Program-made: the position numbers and the translations under genes
In this document: one piece after another, positions 38,336 to 52,364 of the stretch
Layout: each line of letters opens with the position of its first letter
Numbering within the stretch: position 1 is the stretch's first letter
The notes under the pieces: model-generated
What the model was told of the DNA's origin: nothing
The model's input: only the letters and a program-made list of their open reading frames with translations
The model's database searches: none
From: Mobula hypostoma
Lineage: Eukaryota
Assembly (NCBI RefSeq): GCF_963921235.1
Contig: NC_086106.1
Location: 23,808,001 to 23,872,000 of the forward strand
Reading direction: 5' to 3'
DNA: 64,000 bases

Positions 38336-39441
38336 ATCAGATTAGTGGGATGAGCACGCACGCCTGACGTACAAGAGTGTTGATCGAGCCGATTCTACAG
38401 AGAGAGCGGTAGGAATGCTGAACAATGTAGAAGAATGGTCCTCATTTGGGACATGGTAAAGCTGGGAAAACGCAAGTGTCTCTGCCAACTACATCTGCAG
38501 TAAGTGTCTTCAGCAACACAGCATGGCAGACCGCGCTATGAAGCTGAAATTAGACTTCAATGAACTTCAGGTAATTGTGGAATATGAGCGGTTGACTAAC
38601 AAGTGATAAAGGTAGGTAGCTCCAACTTAAAGGCAGGACAAAGGTAACTGTGTGACATTCAACTGGTGAAAATGGCTTCGCAGAGGAGTGCGGAGTACAT
38701 GCATCTGTGACCGTTCCCTTCCAGATCATGTAAATCACCCCAGTTACTGTTAAAGGATTATCTTACAGAGTAAGAAAAAACACAATTGTCACGTGTCCAG
38801 CATTGAGTCTGACTCTTAGGCTTAGAAGGGAAGTGCGTAGCAGAGGCGAGCTGCGGTGATAGCGAATGCATTCGTCAGTTAAAAAGACATGAGATTCCGT
38901 AGACGAAGCCGATATCACAGTGAGTTCAGCTGACAAGCCTTTATTATAGCAGAAAACCTATAAATCCAGTAGGATAGTGAAGAGACCTGAAACCACCTCT
39001 TCCCAAAGTAGACTTTTCAAAAACATAGGGACTAATGTTGAGTGCAAATTAAGAAATAAATGTATACCTGACTGTGTAAATAAAACTGTGTTTATACTGA
39101 CATTCGAAAAGCATCCACTAGTTTGTGTCGAAAGAATAAAGGAATTGGTTAAATTGCACTAAAAAAGTATGCGTCAGAATGGCTGGAAAAGACCATAAGG
39201 TTCCAGTTGCAAAGCAAATGCCGCTCAGTCTTTCCGAAAAAGAAAGAAAACACATCGGACATGACAATTCAGACAAAACAGAGCATAGCAGACGATCAAA
39301 TTGATGCAATAAAAAGGGGAAATGAGAGAAGTAGTATGTGAATTCACGACAGGACCTGCGAAATCACTACATGACTCATTCGAAAATGAGGTGATTGATG
39401 AATCGATATATATGCATGATTACTGTCTTTCATATCGTTAG

Positions 39442-39704
39442 NNNNNNNNNNNNNNNNNNNNNNNNNNNNNNNNNNNNNNNNNNNNNNNNNNNNNNNNNNN
39501 NNNNNNNNNNNNNNNNNNNNNNNNNNNNNNNNNNNNNNNNNNNNNNNNNNNNNNNNNNNNNNNNNNNNNNNNNNNNNNNNNNNNNNNNNNNNNNNNNNNN
39601 NNNNNNNNNNNNNNNNNNNNNNNNNNNNNNNNNNNNNNNNNNNNNNNNNNNNNNNNNNNNNNNNNNNNNNNNNNNNNNNNNNNNNNNNNNNNNNNNNNNN
39701 NNNN
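39442..39704. other. Assembly gap
   Basis: Run of N. Confidence 1.
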
Positions 39705-40390
39705 ACGAATCTGGTATTAACTCGGTACCGTGAAAAGGTGCCTCATCAGTTCATGCATTTGCGATGAGTGAATGAAGTACATGTCTTTGTCGCCAGGTAT
39801 CCTTCAAAATAATTTGACAAATAGTCCTAGGAATCAGAGCTCGCATCAATAATACCAAGTATAAAACTGCATTAAGTCCACGCTGGAATAGCACTAGGAT
39901 GATTAAGACAGTTTGTTATACAAGCATCATTTTACCGACTTGTACAGCCACATAGCAATGGCTGACTCAACTATAGCAATTATCGGTGGACTGATGCGGT
40001 GTATTGCATAGGTTAATTAAATTATATGAAGGGATCGGACAAAGACGATGGAGATATTTTAGAAATTTTGCAAAATCTCAGTTTCCTGTTACTTGGGGTA
40101 GAGGGACATTAAAATAGGTGTAAACGCGCTCCGCAGAAACACATCAATGGAGCCGAAGATGCTAAAAGCTGGAGGACCAATAATACAATTCTTACGGCAA
40201 AGAATATCGTTAGTGAGTATAGGAGAAGGCACATATGATAAAAGCTTCAGAGTCCAATGATAATAACGAGCGATGTGACACAGGGAAGCACACTTTTTGC
40301 ATTAAAAATAATCAACTAATGTTGCGGAAATGAAATAAGTGAACTCTAGGTGAACTCTAGGCATTGCGGGTGTGTGCACAATGGAAAGAG

Positions 40391-40526
40391 NNNNNNNNNN
40401 NNNNNNNNNNNNNNNNNNNNNNNNNNNNNNNNNNNNNNNNNNNNNNNNNNNNNNNNNNNNNNNNNNNNNNNNNNNNNNNNNNNNNNNNNNNNNNNNNNNN
40501 NNNNNNNNNNNNNNNNNNNNNNNNNN
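40391..40526. other. Assembly gap
   Basis: Run of N. Confidence 1.
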
Positions 40527-42672
40527 ACTTAATGTCAGGCCACGAAGTAAATTGATTTTGTTCTCTCTTTCTTCACACATATCTGAACCAACATATGAAC
40601 GCATTGATCGTCTTCTCAGCCTCCTATAGTATCGTACTAGAGGAACTGTCGTGTCTTAGTGCATTAGTTATGCCAATTGTTCAGTCCTTGTAGACTTCCT
40701 CTCCAAAGGGTCTTATCCGGACTATCTAGTTGATTCACTTCCAATCCTCTCGCGGCTATTCGGTTTAATTGCTATTCTATGGCTATGCTGAAATATCGTA
40801 TTCCTCTCTAATAAACGCAGAGGTTAAAAAACCTGGAGACAGCCCACACGAATTTACAAAGAGATTTCCTTTTTTTTTTCTGTTGGGAAAAAATGTATTT
40901 CGGTACCATTGACACAATGAATTAAGTTGCGGAAAATAGAAAACGAGGATTGAACTTCGGACATTGGAAGTAAACAGATCAAAAAGGATCTATCCCAACA
41001 ATGTTGTCGACCGAATTACTGCGACCATTTTGTGAGGCTGTTCCAGCACCGTCATTATAAGCTGTTGTTGCACTGTTTCTTTCGCTCAAGGAAGGATTAA
41101 TCGGAGCAATAGAAAGTATATGAAATGACCTTTCATTATTTATTATTTGAAAACCTGAAACAATTTCAAATAGAAAGTTGTTTTTCTTCTCTTCTTTTTT
41201 TTTCTTTGGATATGTAAAAATGGCTTGCAGAAAGAACAGTCTTTGAACTGAGGGGACCGAAGCCCAGAGTTGTACTGAGCTTGCTAAATTAATCGAAATT
41301 ATCTAATTTATGAAGAACAGAGGAAGCTATCAGAGACAAAAGAGAGAGCCATCAAAAAATAATGCTTACAGCCCTGTGCCCATGGGAAGCTGACTCTCGA
41401 CAATCCGATAGGCTTCGAATAAAGACTTCGAAAGATTGTGCTCATATGAAAGAGTAGAGTAGAGAAGTTTGGGAATACTGGAAGCAACAATTTAGGAACG
41501 CATCATCGCAGAAGTAGATGACCCAATTTGCAAGCGTGAAGATTACTCTGGGCTCAAGATTAATAACTGGCTAACTTAGACTCATTTTTACTGCTGTTAC
41601 CTTTCTGTCAGGTAGTACGCAATCTCTCTGTGATGTTAATGATAAAACATCAGTGAAAATCCACTCCTATATTTTAAGTTTTATGGTTTATAATAGCCAG
41701 CCATTATTGTTTAGAGCTGATATCAGTAATACCTGTGTTCATATCTTTGTGAAATAAAGATCAATTTTCCACACTTCAGCAGGTTTCCATGCAAGAAGTT
41801 TTTGTGTAAATTCTCTTGCGAGTATTTGTGGTGTTCCTACCGTTCAGTGCTTGGCAGGGTCAACGTCGAATAAATGTTAAGTATTCAGATGTCCTGGAAG
41901 ATGACGGCAAAACGAGATAATAAATGAACGAGATTGGATGTCGATTTTGAATTGAAAGTCTTCAGTTTCCGAAAACTACCCTAATTGTGGCCCTTCTGTG
42001 ACACCAAGGATTTGGTGTTTTTCGGCAGTTTAGCACATTTTAGATTTGGGGGGTGGGGGGATAATGTCTTACTAAAGGCATAAGAAGTAGACGTGCTAAT
42101 ATAAGGATACACTGTTGGGATCATTGTAATGAACAGGTGCACAAGAACTTGTCTTTTTTTTTTGCAATAAAGCCAGAGGATTGAGTATTTTCTTCCAGCT
42201 TTCCTCGGTGTTTTTCCCCGAACGTTTTGGCATGCTGTCTCTCTTTCAGACGGCAAAGCATAGTTCACTCGATACTATATGCTCTCCTTTGTCAATTTAT
42301 TGATCCAGTAGGTGCACGGGCATTTATTTTCCCGAGCCGACTCCACGGTGCTTACATGGTGGATTACCAAGGAATGCAATTTTATATGATTGGATTAGAT
42401 TGAACTCAATATTTTGAAGGTGTTCGGAAGTATGCATGTGTCTCTTCGAGTTTTTTTATAAAGTAAATGCTTACCAATTGCATTGAGGTAGGGAAGAATT
42501 CGTAATATTGTTGCAAGTATCCCTTGTTATCTCCTATTTTAATCTGTGTTCCCTTTCTTTAAATTTTCTGAATAAGGGAATAATTCCTTTAACATCGCTC
42601 GTGGTAAAAACCTTGTGGACTGTTCTCGTCATGGCGATCAGTGAGTGTAGGATCTCAGTTTTATCGGCATTG

Positions 42673-43480
42673 TGTCACAACCATGGATTCGGCAACGTAC
42701 AGGAACGCAGAACACGAACGCAGAGCCTTGGCGAGTGAGAACAGACACGCAGAGCCTTGGTCGAGGGAGAACAGGAACGCAGAGCCTTGGTTGAGTGAGA
42801 ACAGGAACGCAGAGCCTTGGTCGTGAGAGAACAGGAAAATGGAACACAGAGCCGGGACCCCTCCATGGGAACAGGACTTAGGGCACAGAGTCAGGACCCC
42901 TCCTAGGGAGCAGGACGTAGGGCCAAGGCTCATACACAGAACACTTAGAGACAGATCACCGCTCAAGGTAACGGTAAACGGCCGGACCTACCCAGCGGAG
43001 GGTAGAGCACAAAGAGGCGGTTCCAAACACAGGGTAGCGGAAAACGGCCGGACCTACATAGCGAAGGCATGGACACAGGGACAGTTCCCAACTCAATTAC
43101 CGGCAAACGGTCGGTCCCACCTAGCGAAGGCGAGAACACCAAGGAACAATTCCAAACAACCAAAGACAGTTCCTTAACTAGACCCAGCAAGGCCCCGATC
43201 TGGCCCTGGCGGTTGTAACTGACGGCGTTATAGCCGAAGGCACAGGCGAAGAGAGCAGGGGAGGCTTCAGGCGAAGGTAGCAGTCGATGCTTCAGAAGCA
43301 AGAGAAAGGGGAGGGAGTGGTCCAGCAAATAAAGCGGAACCCATGAGCTACTTATGTCGCCAGCCCAAAATGAGAATCATGTGCTTGAATTTCGACACCC
43401 AACAGAACAACTAAAAACCTCAAAACCCGGAATAAGGATCGATGAAACGGAATGCGGCCTTTAAGGACCGGACCATGACA
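42673..43480 (-). mobile_element. Solo-LTR-like element related to 55253-56613, inverted orientation
   Basis: Ends TGTCAC...ATGACA. Right end ggaccggaccatgaca is the reverse complement of the start of the 55.2-kb element, and both share gcagagccttgg repeats. No clear TSD. Confidence 0.62.
42718..42837 (+). repeat. Four tandem 30-bp units (acgcagagccttgg-N-gagaacagga) inside the LTR-like element
   Basis: Period of 30 visible at 42718, 42748, 42778 and 42808. Confidence 0.9.
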
Positions 43481-43672
43481 CTGATTGCATAACCGACAGA
43501 CTCACTATAATAATAACTCGTATCCGCAGTAATTTCTTTTTAATTTGCTCCTGTTGTCTCCTTTTACACGCTAGTTGCGTGCCTGTCTGTAGTTAAGCAT
43601 ATTTAACCATTTATTGTCTGATTATCTGCTACAGGACCATCTACAACTAGTAAATTTACCGGCTACCAGGCC

Positions 43673-45195
43673 GATTTGGAGAGATTCTGTAGCTGGCGAG
43701 TTTGCAGAGATATTAATAATGATCTATCAAGAATCAATAGATTCTGGCAAGTATCGGATGACTTGATAATTGCAAATGTCACTCTGCATTTTAGGAATGG
43801 TGGGAAGCTTCATAGCGGAAACGATAGACCAGTAACCCTCATTAGAAAATTGTTGTAACCGATAGTTAGGGATCAGGTGACCGAGTACCTGGAGGCATAT
43901 GATAAGGTATGCCAAAATCAGCATGGTTTCCTGAAAGGAAATCCTGCCTGAGTAGCCTGCTGCATTTTTTGGGGAAAATTATAAACAGGGTACAGAAAGG
44001 AGATGCAATGCCTGCGGTGTACTTGGATTTTCAGAAGGGTTTTGACAAGGTTCCGCACAAGAGGCTGCTTAGCAAGGTAAGAGCCCATGGAATTACACGG
44101 AAGTTACTAGCATGGGTGTGGCATTTGTTGATCGGCATAAAACAGACAGTGGAATTACAGGGATCCTCTTCTGGCTGGTTGCCTGTTACCAATAGATTTC
44201 TACAGGGGTCGGTGTTGGGAAACTCTGCTTTCTACGATGTATGTCAGTGACTTGGACTATGGGATTAATGGACTTGTGCCGAAATTTACCGATGATACAA
44301 GGGTAGGTGGAGGAGCGGATGACATGAAACAGAGTCTGCAGAGAGACTGAGGTAATTAGGGTAATAGGCAAAGAGATGGCAAATGAAATACAATGTTGGA
44401 AAGTTTGGTCGAAGTAAAAAACGGACAGACTATTATTTAGATGGAGAGAGAATTCAAACCGCAGAGAGACCAAGGGACTTGGTGGTTCTTGTGCAGCGAC
44501 CCGAAAGGTTAACCTCCAGTTTGAGTCCGTGGTGAAGAAGGCGAATGCGATTTTGACATTCGGTTCTTGAGGTACAGTTTATAAGAGCAGGGGTCTGATG
44601 TTAAGGCTCTATATGGCATTCGTGAGACGACATTTGGAGTATTGTGAGCAGTTTTAGGCTCCACCTTATTTTAGAGAGGATATACTGACATTGGAGAGGG
44701 TTCAGAGAAGATTCAAGAGAATAATTCCAGAAATGAAAGGGTTACCATAAGAGGAACGTCTGGCAGCTCCTGGGCTGTATTCCCTGGAATTCAGGAGAAT
44801 GAGACGGGATCCTGTCGAAACATTCCGATTGTTGAAAGACCTGAACAGGTTAGATATGGCAAAGTTATTTCCCATGGTAGGGGAGTCTTGGACAAGAGGG
44901 CAGTATTGAAGGACGAGCATTTAGAACAGAGATGCGGAGAAATTACTTTAGTGTGAGGCTGAAAAATCTGTGTTTTTCTTTTTCCACTAGCGGCTATGGA
45001 GGCTAAGTCATTGAGTGCATTTAAGCCAGAAATAGAGAGGTTCCTGATTAAACAGGGCATTTGAAAGTTATGAGGAAAAGGCAGGCGAGTTGGGATGACT
45101 GGAAAATAGGATCAGCCAACACTGAGTGACGTAGTAGACACTATGGGCTGAATGACCTGCTTCTGCTCCTATATCTTACGGTCTTACGGTCTTAT
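43673..45195 (+). mobile_element. Old CR1 LINE, decayed
   Basis: VYLDFQKGFDKVPHKRLL etc.; tail (tcttacgg)n at ~45175-45195. Confidence 0.85.
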
Positions 45196-45755
45196 CCTTA
45201 TTTAGTGTTAGACATAATTTTGTTCTCGAATCCTGTATGTCAATTAAGGAAAGAAAAAGAAAAGGATAAGATTGCGGATCGCCGAAGGGATGGGCCTAGT
45301 ATTATATAGCCCAGTTTTTCATCCTTGACTCAAAACAACAGGGTATAGGCTTAAGTTGGGAGAGTGCATGCTAACGGAGAAATGAATGATAAGTGTTGTT
45401 ATGAAACACAGGATGTGGGCTTATATCTTTAACTTGCAGGCAAACACGCTCATGTAAACTCGTTGACTTATTGTCTTTCAGGTCCATAAATTGGCATAAG
45501 GAATTTGGTGTATCGGCAACACTGAAAGATTAGGTTGGACGAGATAGTGTTCGGCGAAAATTCAGTTTTAATTATCGAATACCTATTGAGTCAATGCCAA
45601 CTGACGCTTTATCGTTATCCTGCTTGAATATGTGCTGTATGTCTCCTCAAACTACTCGTAAATTTGTGGTACCTCAATTCGGGAAAACACCTTTTTTTTT
45701 CGACTGTAATGGATGGGAACGTAACAAATACATGTTTTCTTCTTTGTGATTCGAC

Positions 45756-45869
45756 GATGTCACTTCCGATTCTTCCATACTTGCATGCAGTTCAAACTAT
45801 TGCACAGAAGATGTAATGTACGTGTGGTCTGGTGTAATCTACCACGACTGAATTGATTGGTTGTACTGA
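45756..45869 (+). promoter_or_regulatory. Putative V3 promoter motifs (GATGTCACTTCCG CRE/ETS-like; ATTGG inverted CCAAT)
   Basis: Blocks 45756-45778 and 45850-45869 are conserved upstream of V4 (22/23 and 20/20 nt). Confidence 0.45.
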
Positions 45870-46078
45870 GGAACAAAGAAGTAAGGAGGGACTGGGCGGC
45901 TAAAGGAACTGAGTTGATTGTAGGTGTTGGAGAAGAAAAGAGATTTGTGCTTAATGTTTGCGACCAGTAATATAACCAGAAGAGAAGAGAGACATCACAC
46001 TCCTTCCGAATTTCTAAACAACGCCTTCTTTGCTAGTGAGATAAGTTCGGTTGAAATTCATAGTCAGTGGATAGAGAC

Positions 46079-46929
46079 ATGCTGTTTCGATCTGTCTATT
46101 CGTTTCTTATTGCAGCAGTATTCTTGCTCGGTAAGTTTCTGGCGGTCGAACATTGCGGCTCTCATCCATGCAGTGTAGCTTAATGTATCAGTCAATACCC
46201 GAAATACAATGTTGAGAAGGACAGGGAAGCCCGTCAGATGAACAGAAAAGGTCTGCGGCTCCAGTTACTCTCTAACTTGCATTATAATGCTTGAGGGGAG
46301 TTTAGAAGGTGATTATGGCTGAGTCGATTGCTGCTGCTGACATCATGACTTTTCCCGCTAGAAAGTAATGGAGAACTGCACACACGCTAATAGAAGAGGT
46401 TGGAAAGGTTTTTGTTTTTACTCATTTTCTTTTTTTTTTAATAATTGAATTGAATTGATCTTATCCCTTTTCCTGGTATACCCACAAATCTCTGTGGGAT
46501 GGATATTTATAACTGATATCTCCCCACCCGCGACGCATGTCAGTAGAAGAGATCAAAAGGCGATCCGAAGTGAACGTACTGCAGGATGTGATTGCTTGTT
46601 TGAAATATGTTTTGTATTCTTTCAGGATATGTTCGAGGCGATGCTATTTTTCAGACACCTGCAACTTCCACAGTGATTGAAGGGATTGACGCGTTGTTGA
46701 ACTGCAGCTATACTACAACCGCAAGCGATTTTGCATTACTCTGGTACCGTCAGTATCCCGGCGGATCTCCGGAGTTCCTTTTGATACGGACAAAATACGG
46801 CAGTAATCAAAATGAAATTCCAGGCCAACGTTTCACAGCGCAGCTAGATGCTTCGACGGCAACTGTCCCACTGACTGTGTCCGAGGCACAACTAAGAGAT
46901 ACGGCCATATATTTCTGCGCTCTGAGCCA
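46079..46929 (+). CDS. TRAV/DV: TCR V gene V3 (alpha/delta type): leader 46079-46130, intron 495 nt, V exon 46626-46929
   Basis: Leader MLFRSVYSFLIAAVFLL G|gtaagt and acceptor ttcag. Exon DAIFQTP..LNC..WYRQYPG..RF..DTAIYFCALS is open and followed by a 23-RSS. Confidence 0.92.
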
Positions 46930-46968
46930 CACAAAGGCACAGACCCTATCTGTGATTGTACAAAACCT
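46930..46968 (+). other. 23-RSS of V3: CACAAAG-23 nt-ACAAAACCT
   Basis: Heptamer 46930-46936, spacer 46937-46959, nonamer 46960-46968. Confidence 0.85.
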
Positions 46969-47854
46969 ACTTGTTCTCCCTAGAGCCATCCGGTTGTAAC
47001 TGCAGTTTTGCGTGCAGCAGCAAATCTTAGCTGATTCCTGTAATTGTGACAATAGTAACATATATTTTGTCATTATTATTCAGATTTAAATATACCGATC
47101 AAATCGGTTTCAACAGGTTGCGTCTGAATCTGCCCTCGTGCGCATCGTGTAGGATAATTCTAATGCAGTTTTTGAAAGAGCTAAAGGAAGCCCACCCAAC
47201 CTTTGTTGTTTAACGTTTGTCTTAAATGAGCATATTTGCTTCTTTGAACTGTAATTTCTTTGGTATAGCAATATAGAAGCGGTTGGCATGTTGAATCAGC
47301 TTCGCTGGTCTGATAATTGTTCGAATAGGTTTGTTGATCATTTGTTTATAAACAATGAACATTTTACAAAACATTGATTTTCCCCAAGTTACAACCAGTA
47401 CAAAGCTGAATATTAAACAACTGTACAAACATTCAACAGACATATTGGCTAAAAGTGCGCATAGAGTTTACCTTCCCAATCATCATGAACATTATTGCCC
47501 AAAACAAAAAAAAAGAAGAGTGCAGCCCCTTCCACATATGTTTTTTTATATTAAAAAGACATTTGAAACTAAACAACAAGCAGCTATCCAATGGGAAAAA
47601 CAGCTGCACCTTCTCAATTAACCAATCACAACGGCAGCGTTTTTGAGTGTCAGAATAATAAACTCCCGCACAGGACCACACACTCCTCGGAACATGCGAA
47701 AGAGATTATCCCATTCTCTGACTGTTAAGAATCTCACTAAATCCTAAATTCTGCATGAAAAAACAAAAGTACGCATCAGAATCAGAATCAGTATTATTAT
47801 CGCCAGCAAGTGAGTTAACATTAGATAATTTTGCAGCAGCAGTTCCATCCTGTA

Positions 47855-48037
47855 NNNNNNNNNNNNNNNNNNNNNNNNNNNNNNNNNNNNNNNNNNNNNN
47901 NNNNNNNNNNNNNNNNNNNNNNNNNNNNNNNNNNNNNNNNNNNNNNNNNNNNNNNNNNNNNNNNNNNNNNNNNNNNNNNNNNNNNNNNNNNNNNNNNNNN
48001 NNNNNNNNNNNNNNNNNNNNNNNNNNNNNNNNNNNNN
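47855..48037. other. Assembly gap
   Basis: Run of N. Confidence 1.
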
Positions 48038-48261
48038 GTATACGCATCTTGAATGGATTAAAAATGGGGAAGAAACTGCTCATGAATCACTCAGGGTGTG
48101 CTTTCATGGTGCCGTACATCCCACCTGATGTTGACAGCGAAAAAAGGGCACACTGTGTGCTGGAGTTCTTTAATAATGGACGCTGTTCCTTGAATACAAA
48201 ACCCAGTACTGTAGAGCTAATAGTAACATTGCAGTTTTTTTATACTAGTCCACCAGCCTCA

Positions 48262-50249
48262 CTGTGCCCTGAAAGACCAACAACCCTAACCTGGAGTGTA
48301 ACAGCCAATGAGCTGATCTCCCACTTAATGTTAAACACTATCTCTGATGTATGTTCACCCACTTTACATTCTGAGCGGTTAATCCAATGCAGCAATTCCA
48401 GGAACAGTCCATCTGTACTATTGTGAGAAACGCTATCAATCAAAACATCATTCCTTCGTATCGCCCTATTATCGACCAGCATGGGCGACGTATTTATTCA
48501 GACACTATTGTTGCATATATACGGCACCAGATATCAACCGCACAACCCTGTGTAAACAATTTCTTGGCCTCGGGACGGCATTGCAATAAGACTCATACAG
48601 CTTTTAGCAAGTATCAAGCCTTTGAGCATAATTTCCAATAGTCACAGTTAACCCAGTATAATGTTCCTTCTCACACTTGCCATCAATCATGCAACTGGTC
48701 GCTCTAATCAGCATACCATCAAAACTCTGACAAGTGGGAATTCTCTTTATTATTCAGACAATTCCAATTAGACAAATGGTTTACTGGGAAAATACAACAT
48801 TGACAAACGCTCAACTCCCTTAAGACTGGTTTAGTAAGTTTGAGATTTGCAGAAAGAGGTTATTTTCTCCTCAGCTCCCGCAAAACAGAATAACAAAACA
48901 CGAAAAGACAGAAAACTTTCCACCAACAATCACAAAGTGATCGATATAAGTGGCAAATGTTCGTATGTTGTAGGAATCTTCAAACAAATTCAACAATCTG
49001 ACTTATTGCTCCACAGTGCAAATTCCATTGCCTTCCACAGGAATACATAACAGTATCATCCACTGCATGTCCTCATTCATAGAAACATAGAAAACCTACA
49101 GCACAATATAAGCCCTTCGGCCCACAAAGTTTTGCTGAACATGTCCTGACATTAGAAGTAACCAGGGTTACCCACTGCACTCTATTTTTCTAAGCTAACA
49201 AGTACCTGTCCAATAGTCTCTGAAAACACCCAATAGTATTCGGTTCCACCACCGTTGCCGGCAGCCCATTCTACGCAGTGACCACTCTCTGCGAAAAAAA
49301 TAAAGAAACAAAAAAAAACTTACCTTAACACCTCCTTTCTACCTGCACCCCAGCACGTTAAATTGTGCCCTCTTGTGGCAGCCATTTCAGACCTGGGAAA
49401 AACCCTCTGACTATCCACACGATCAATGCCTCCCATCATATTATACAACTCTATTAGGTCACCTCTCATCCTCCGTCGCTCCAACGAGAAACGGCCGATT
49501 TCACTGACCCTGTTTTCATAAGACATGCGCCCCAATCCCGGCAACATCCTTGTAAATCTCCTCTGCACCATTTCTACGCTTTGCACATTCTTCCTGCAGT
49601 GAGGCGACCAGAACTGAGCACTGTATTCCATGTGGGGTCGGACTAGCGTCCTATATAGCTGCAATATTACCTCTTGGCTCATAAATTCAATACCGTGATT
49701 GATAAAGGTCAATACACTGGATGACCTCTTAACCACAGAGTCAAACTGTGCAGCTGCTTTCAGCGTCCTATTGACTCCGACCCCAAGATCCTTCTGATCT
49801 TCCACACCGCCAAGAGTCTTGCTATTAATACTATAATCTGCCATCATACTTGACCGACCAAAATTAATCACTTCATATTTATCTGGGTTGAACTCCATCT
49901 TCCGCTTCTCAGACCAGTTTTGCATCCTATCAATGTCCCGCTGAAACTAACCTCTGACAGCCCTCCACACTATCCACATCACCCCAACTTTTCTGTCATC
50001 AGCACTTTGAAATTCTGTAATGTAGGGGGCACAAAGGCACTCGCTCCTGATTAGTCGCTGGAAATACAGAAAAGACACACAAAAAATTGAACTACGACAA
50101 TTACTTTCCAAATGTTCAGTTCCCACTAAATGTGGTCATATGTGCTTAAATAGAGGAAGAAGAGAGCAAGAGTCTTCCGCGTGCTATGTTATATACCCAG
50201 TATATTTGAAACGGGACAGCATGCACATATCCTTTCGGAAAATTGTGGT
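48262..50249 (+). repeat. Segmental duplication copy 1 (partner 62039-64000)
   Basis: Colinear high-identity match starting tgtgccctgaaagaccaacaaccctaacc and including the same truncated CR1. Confidence 0.93.
49078..50003 (-). mobile_element. Old CR1 3' fragment
   Basis: RT C-terminal ORF 49320-49925; tail catagaaacatagaaa. Confidence 0.9.
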
Positions 50250-52237
50250 ACCTTCTAAAGTAACTAGTCACAACGGAAACAGTTGTAATGAATCAGAATT
50301 AGGCACTCCCCCACAGGACATCAGTGCATCAACATGTTCTGTGGAAGGAACTGGCTTTGTCCCGTATATGTAGTTATGCAGCAATCTCGGCTGTTTCCGC
50401 TCTTTTGTGTCCAATGAAAGTTAATTTTAACCCCGTTTTTGAAGTTATTGTTTGATATTCCTAACTTTAACTTCTAATCTGAAACAGCAAACTGTATTCA
50501 GAAACAGCAAACTAATCTTGCAGGATTGTTCGTCCGCTCTCAGTAGTGACAAGCTGATGAGTGCACTGGAACCGGAGAAATATGAATTTTAAGTCGTAGT
50601 TCAATACATTAAGTCAGTAAGATGATGAGATATTTTGAAGACGCAGCATAATTTTGCTAAATACGTCCCAGCTGATTGATAATGCGAACGGGAAATAATC
50701 ATTTGCAGTAACACAACACACGGTTTGTATTCACAACCAAGTGCTCTGAAAACATGAACCAGCGGCTGAGCCACCTGCAGCCGAAGTGTGACCGGTCAGA
50801 GGTAAATGCGGGTGTTTCAATAATAGCAGTGATCAGCTTTCTCTTCCTATAACATGGCTGAATATTATGACCTGTCAATGATGCTGTGATATGAACAGTC
50901 CAAGAACATTGATAAGTGTAGGATTATAACATAGTCGAAGATCCTGCTCATTGCGGAATATGTGGTAAGAAACTAAATGAAGCAATATCCTGAGGTTATA
51001 TGGACTTTGTCTATGGAGAAATTGCACAAGGAAATGTAGAAGGTGAAGAGTGATTCTCATTGAAACGTTATTCGATAATATATACACTAAACTGTTCCAG
51101 GTTTGCTGATTAAGTCGAGGCAAAGCTTTGTGCATGCAAGTTTGTTACTTCACAGATGTAGATGGGGGAAATGTTGAGCGTTCGCAACTGCAGAGTACAT
51201 TCTACTCCAACAGCAGTTACATGGACTTGCCAAAGGAAGGACTATCAATGACAGCCACTGTCAAGGACATGCTTGTTTCATTCTTCGTTGGGGAAGAATT
51301 CTGAAGTCATAAGGACCAGACCAGCGAAATAAAGAAAAACCGAAAGGCTATTGCCCTCTAGCCATGTGGCTCCTGAGTGAACGTGGAAAACTTCACTCAT
51401 CTCAGTGCTGAGCTGATTGCACAACCGACAGATTTAATGCTAATTCGTTGTCGCAGCGTGTTCTTTTTAAACTGAGCGTGTTATCTTCTTTTTACACCTG
51501 TTGCGTGCCCATCTATAGTAACGTATATTATAATTAATGTATTGCAATTATTTTTTTCCTCATTATCATGACATCACTATCTACCATTATTAAATTTAAC
51601 GGCTACCAGGGCTTTGTAACTTAATTTTTGAAATAATTTATTTGTGGAACCTTCATGTCAATTATAGCAAGAGAACGATACTTTTGCGAAGGGTCGATGA
51701 GGTGGGCCTGCACATAAATTATCCAGTAAATACATTTTTCCATCCTTGACTTTTAGAAAAAAAACAGGGCTTAGGTTTACTTTGACAGGATATATGTTAA
51801 ACGAGAAATTAATGCTGAGTACCTCTATAAAAACAGGAAGTGGTTTATATCTCTAACTTTCTCACAAAGGGATACATGTAAACATGTTGAATTATTCTAT
51901 TTCAGGTGCATGAATTGGCGAAGGGAAGTGGGTGTATCCACAACGTAGAAAGAGGAGGTAGAGCGAGAAGAGGCTCGACAGAAATTCCGTTTTCATTGCT
52001 GAAAAATCTATTGAATTCATGGCAAGTGACTTTTTTTTTTATCGATATACTGCTTGAGCACTGTAAACAGGAAGGAGACGTCAACATAGGAAAAAAAAGA
52101 TAGAGATATAGTGAATTGTGTGATATGCCTCCTTCGTATTTTCGCAAATGTTCCATTACTCATTTCGAAAATAACTCCTATGTTTAGAATTTACAGAATG
52201 GAAACATACCAACTACATATTTCCTACGTCACACTGC

Positions 52238-52364
52238 GATGTCCCTTCCGATTCTTCCATCTTTCCCTAATTACCTTATATGCAGCTCAATGCTTTGCAC
52301 GGAAGTTGTAATGGAGGTCAGATCGAGCCTTATCTGTCAGTAAAGAATTGATTGGTTGTACTGA
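52238..52364 (+). promoter_or_regulatory. Putative V4 promoter motifs (paralogous to V3)
   Basis: Blocks 52238-52260 and 52345-52364 match the V3 upstream blocks. Confidence 0.45.

Noticed and set aside
41470-41600. YWKQQ ... LKINN..FYC fragments
   Set aside because: Different frames, W-to-C distance too short, and no RSS.
42718-42837. Four 30-bp units resembling a CRISPR array
   Set aside because: Units are degenerate tandem repeats without unique spacers, lie inside an LTR-like element in a vertebrate genome, and have no cas genes nearby.
46407-46445. Perfect GGTTTTTGT nonamer in the V3 intron (possible J/D RSS)
   Set aside because: No heptamer at 12 or 23 nt and no FGxG-encoding segment.
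51140-51200. Short similarity to the V1 3' flank (cttcacagatg...gggggaaa)
   Set aside because: Only ~25 bp, with no adjacent RSS or V sequence.
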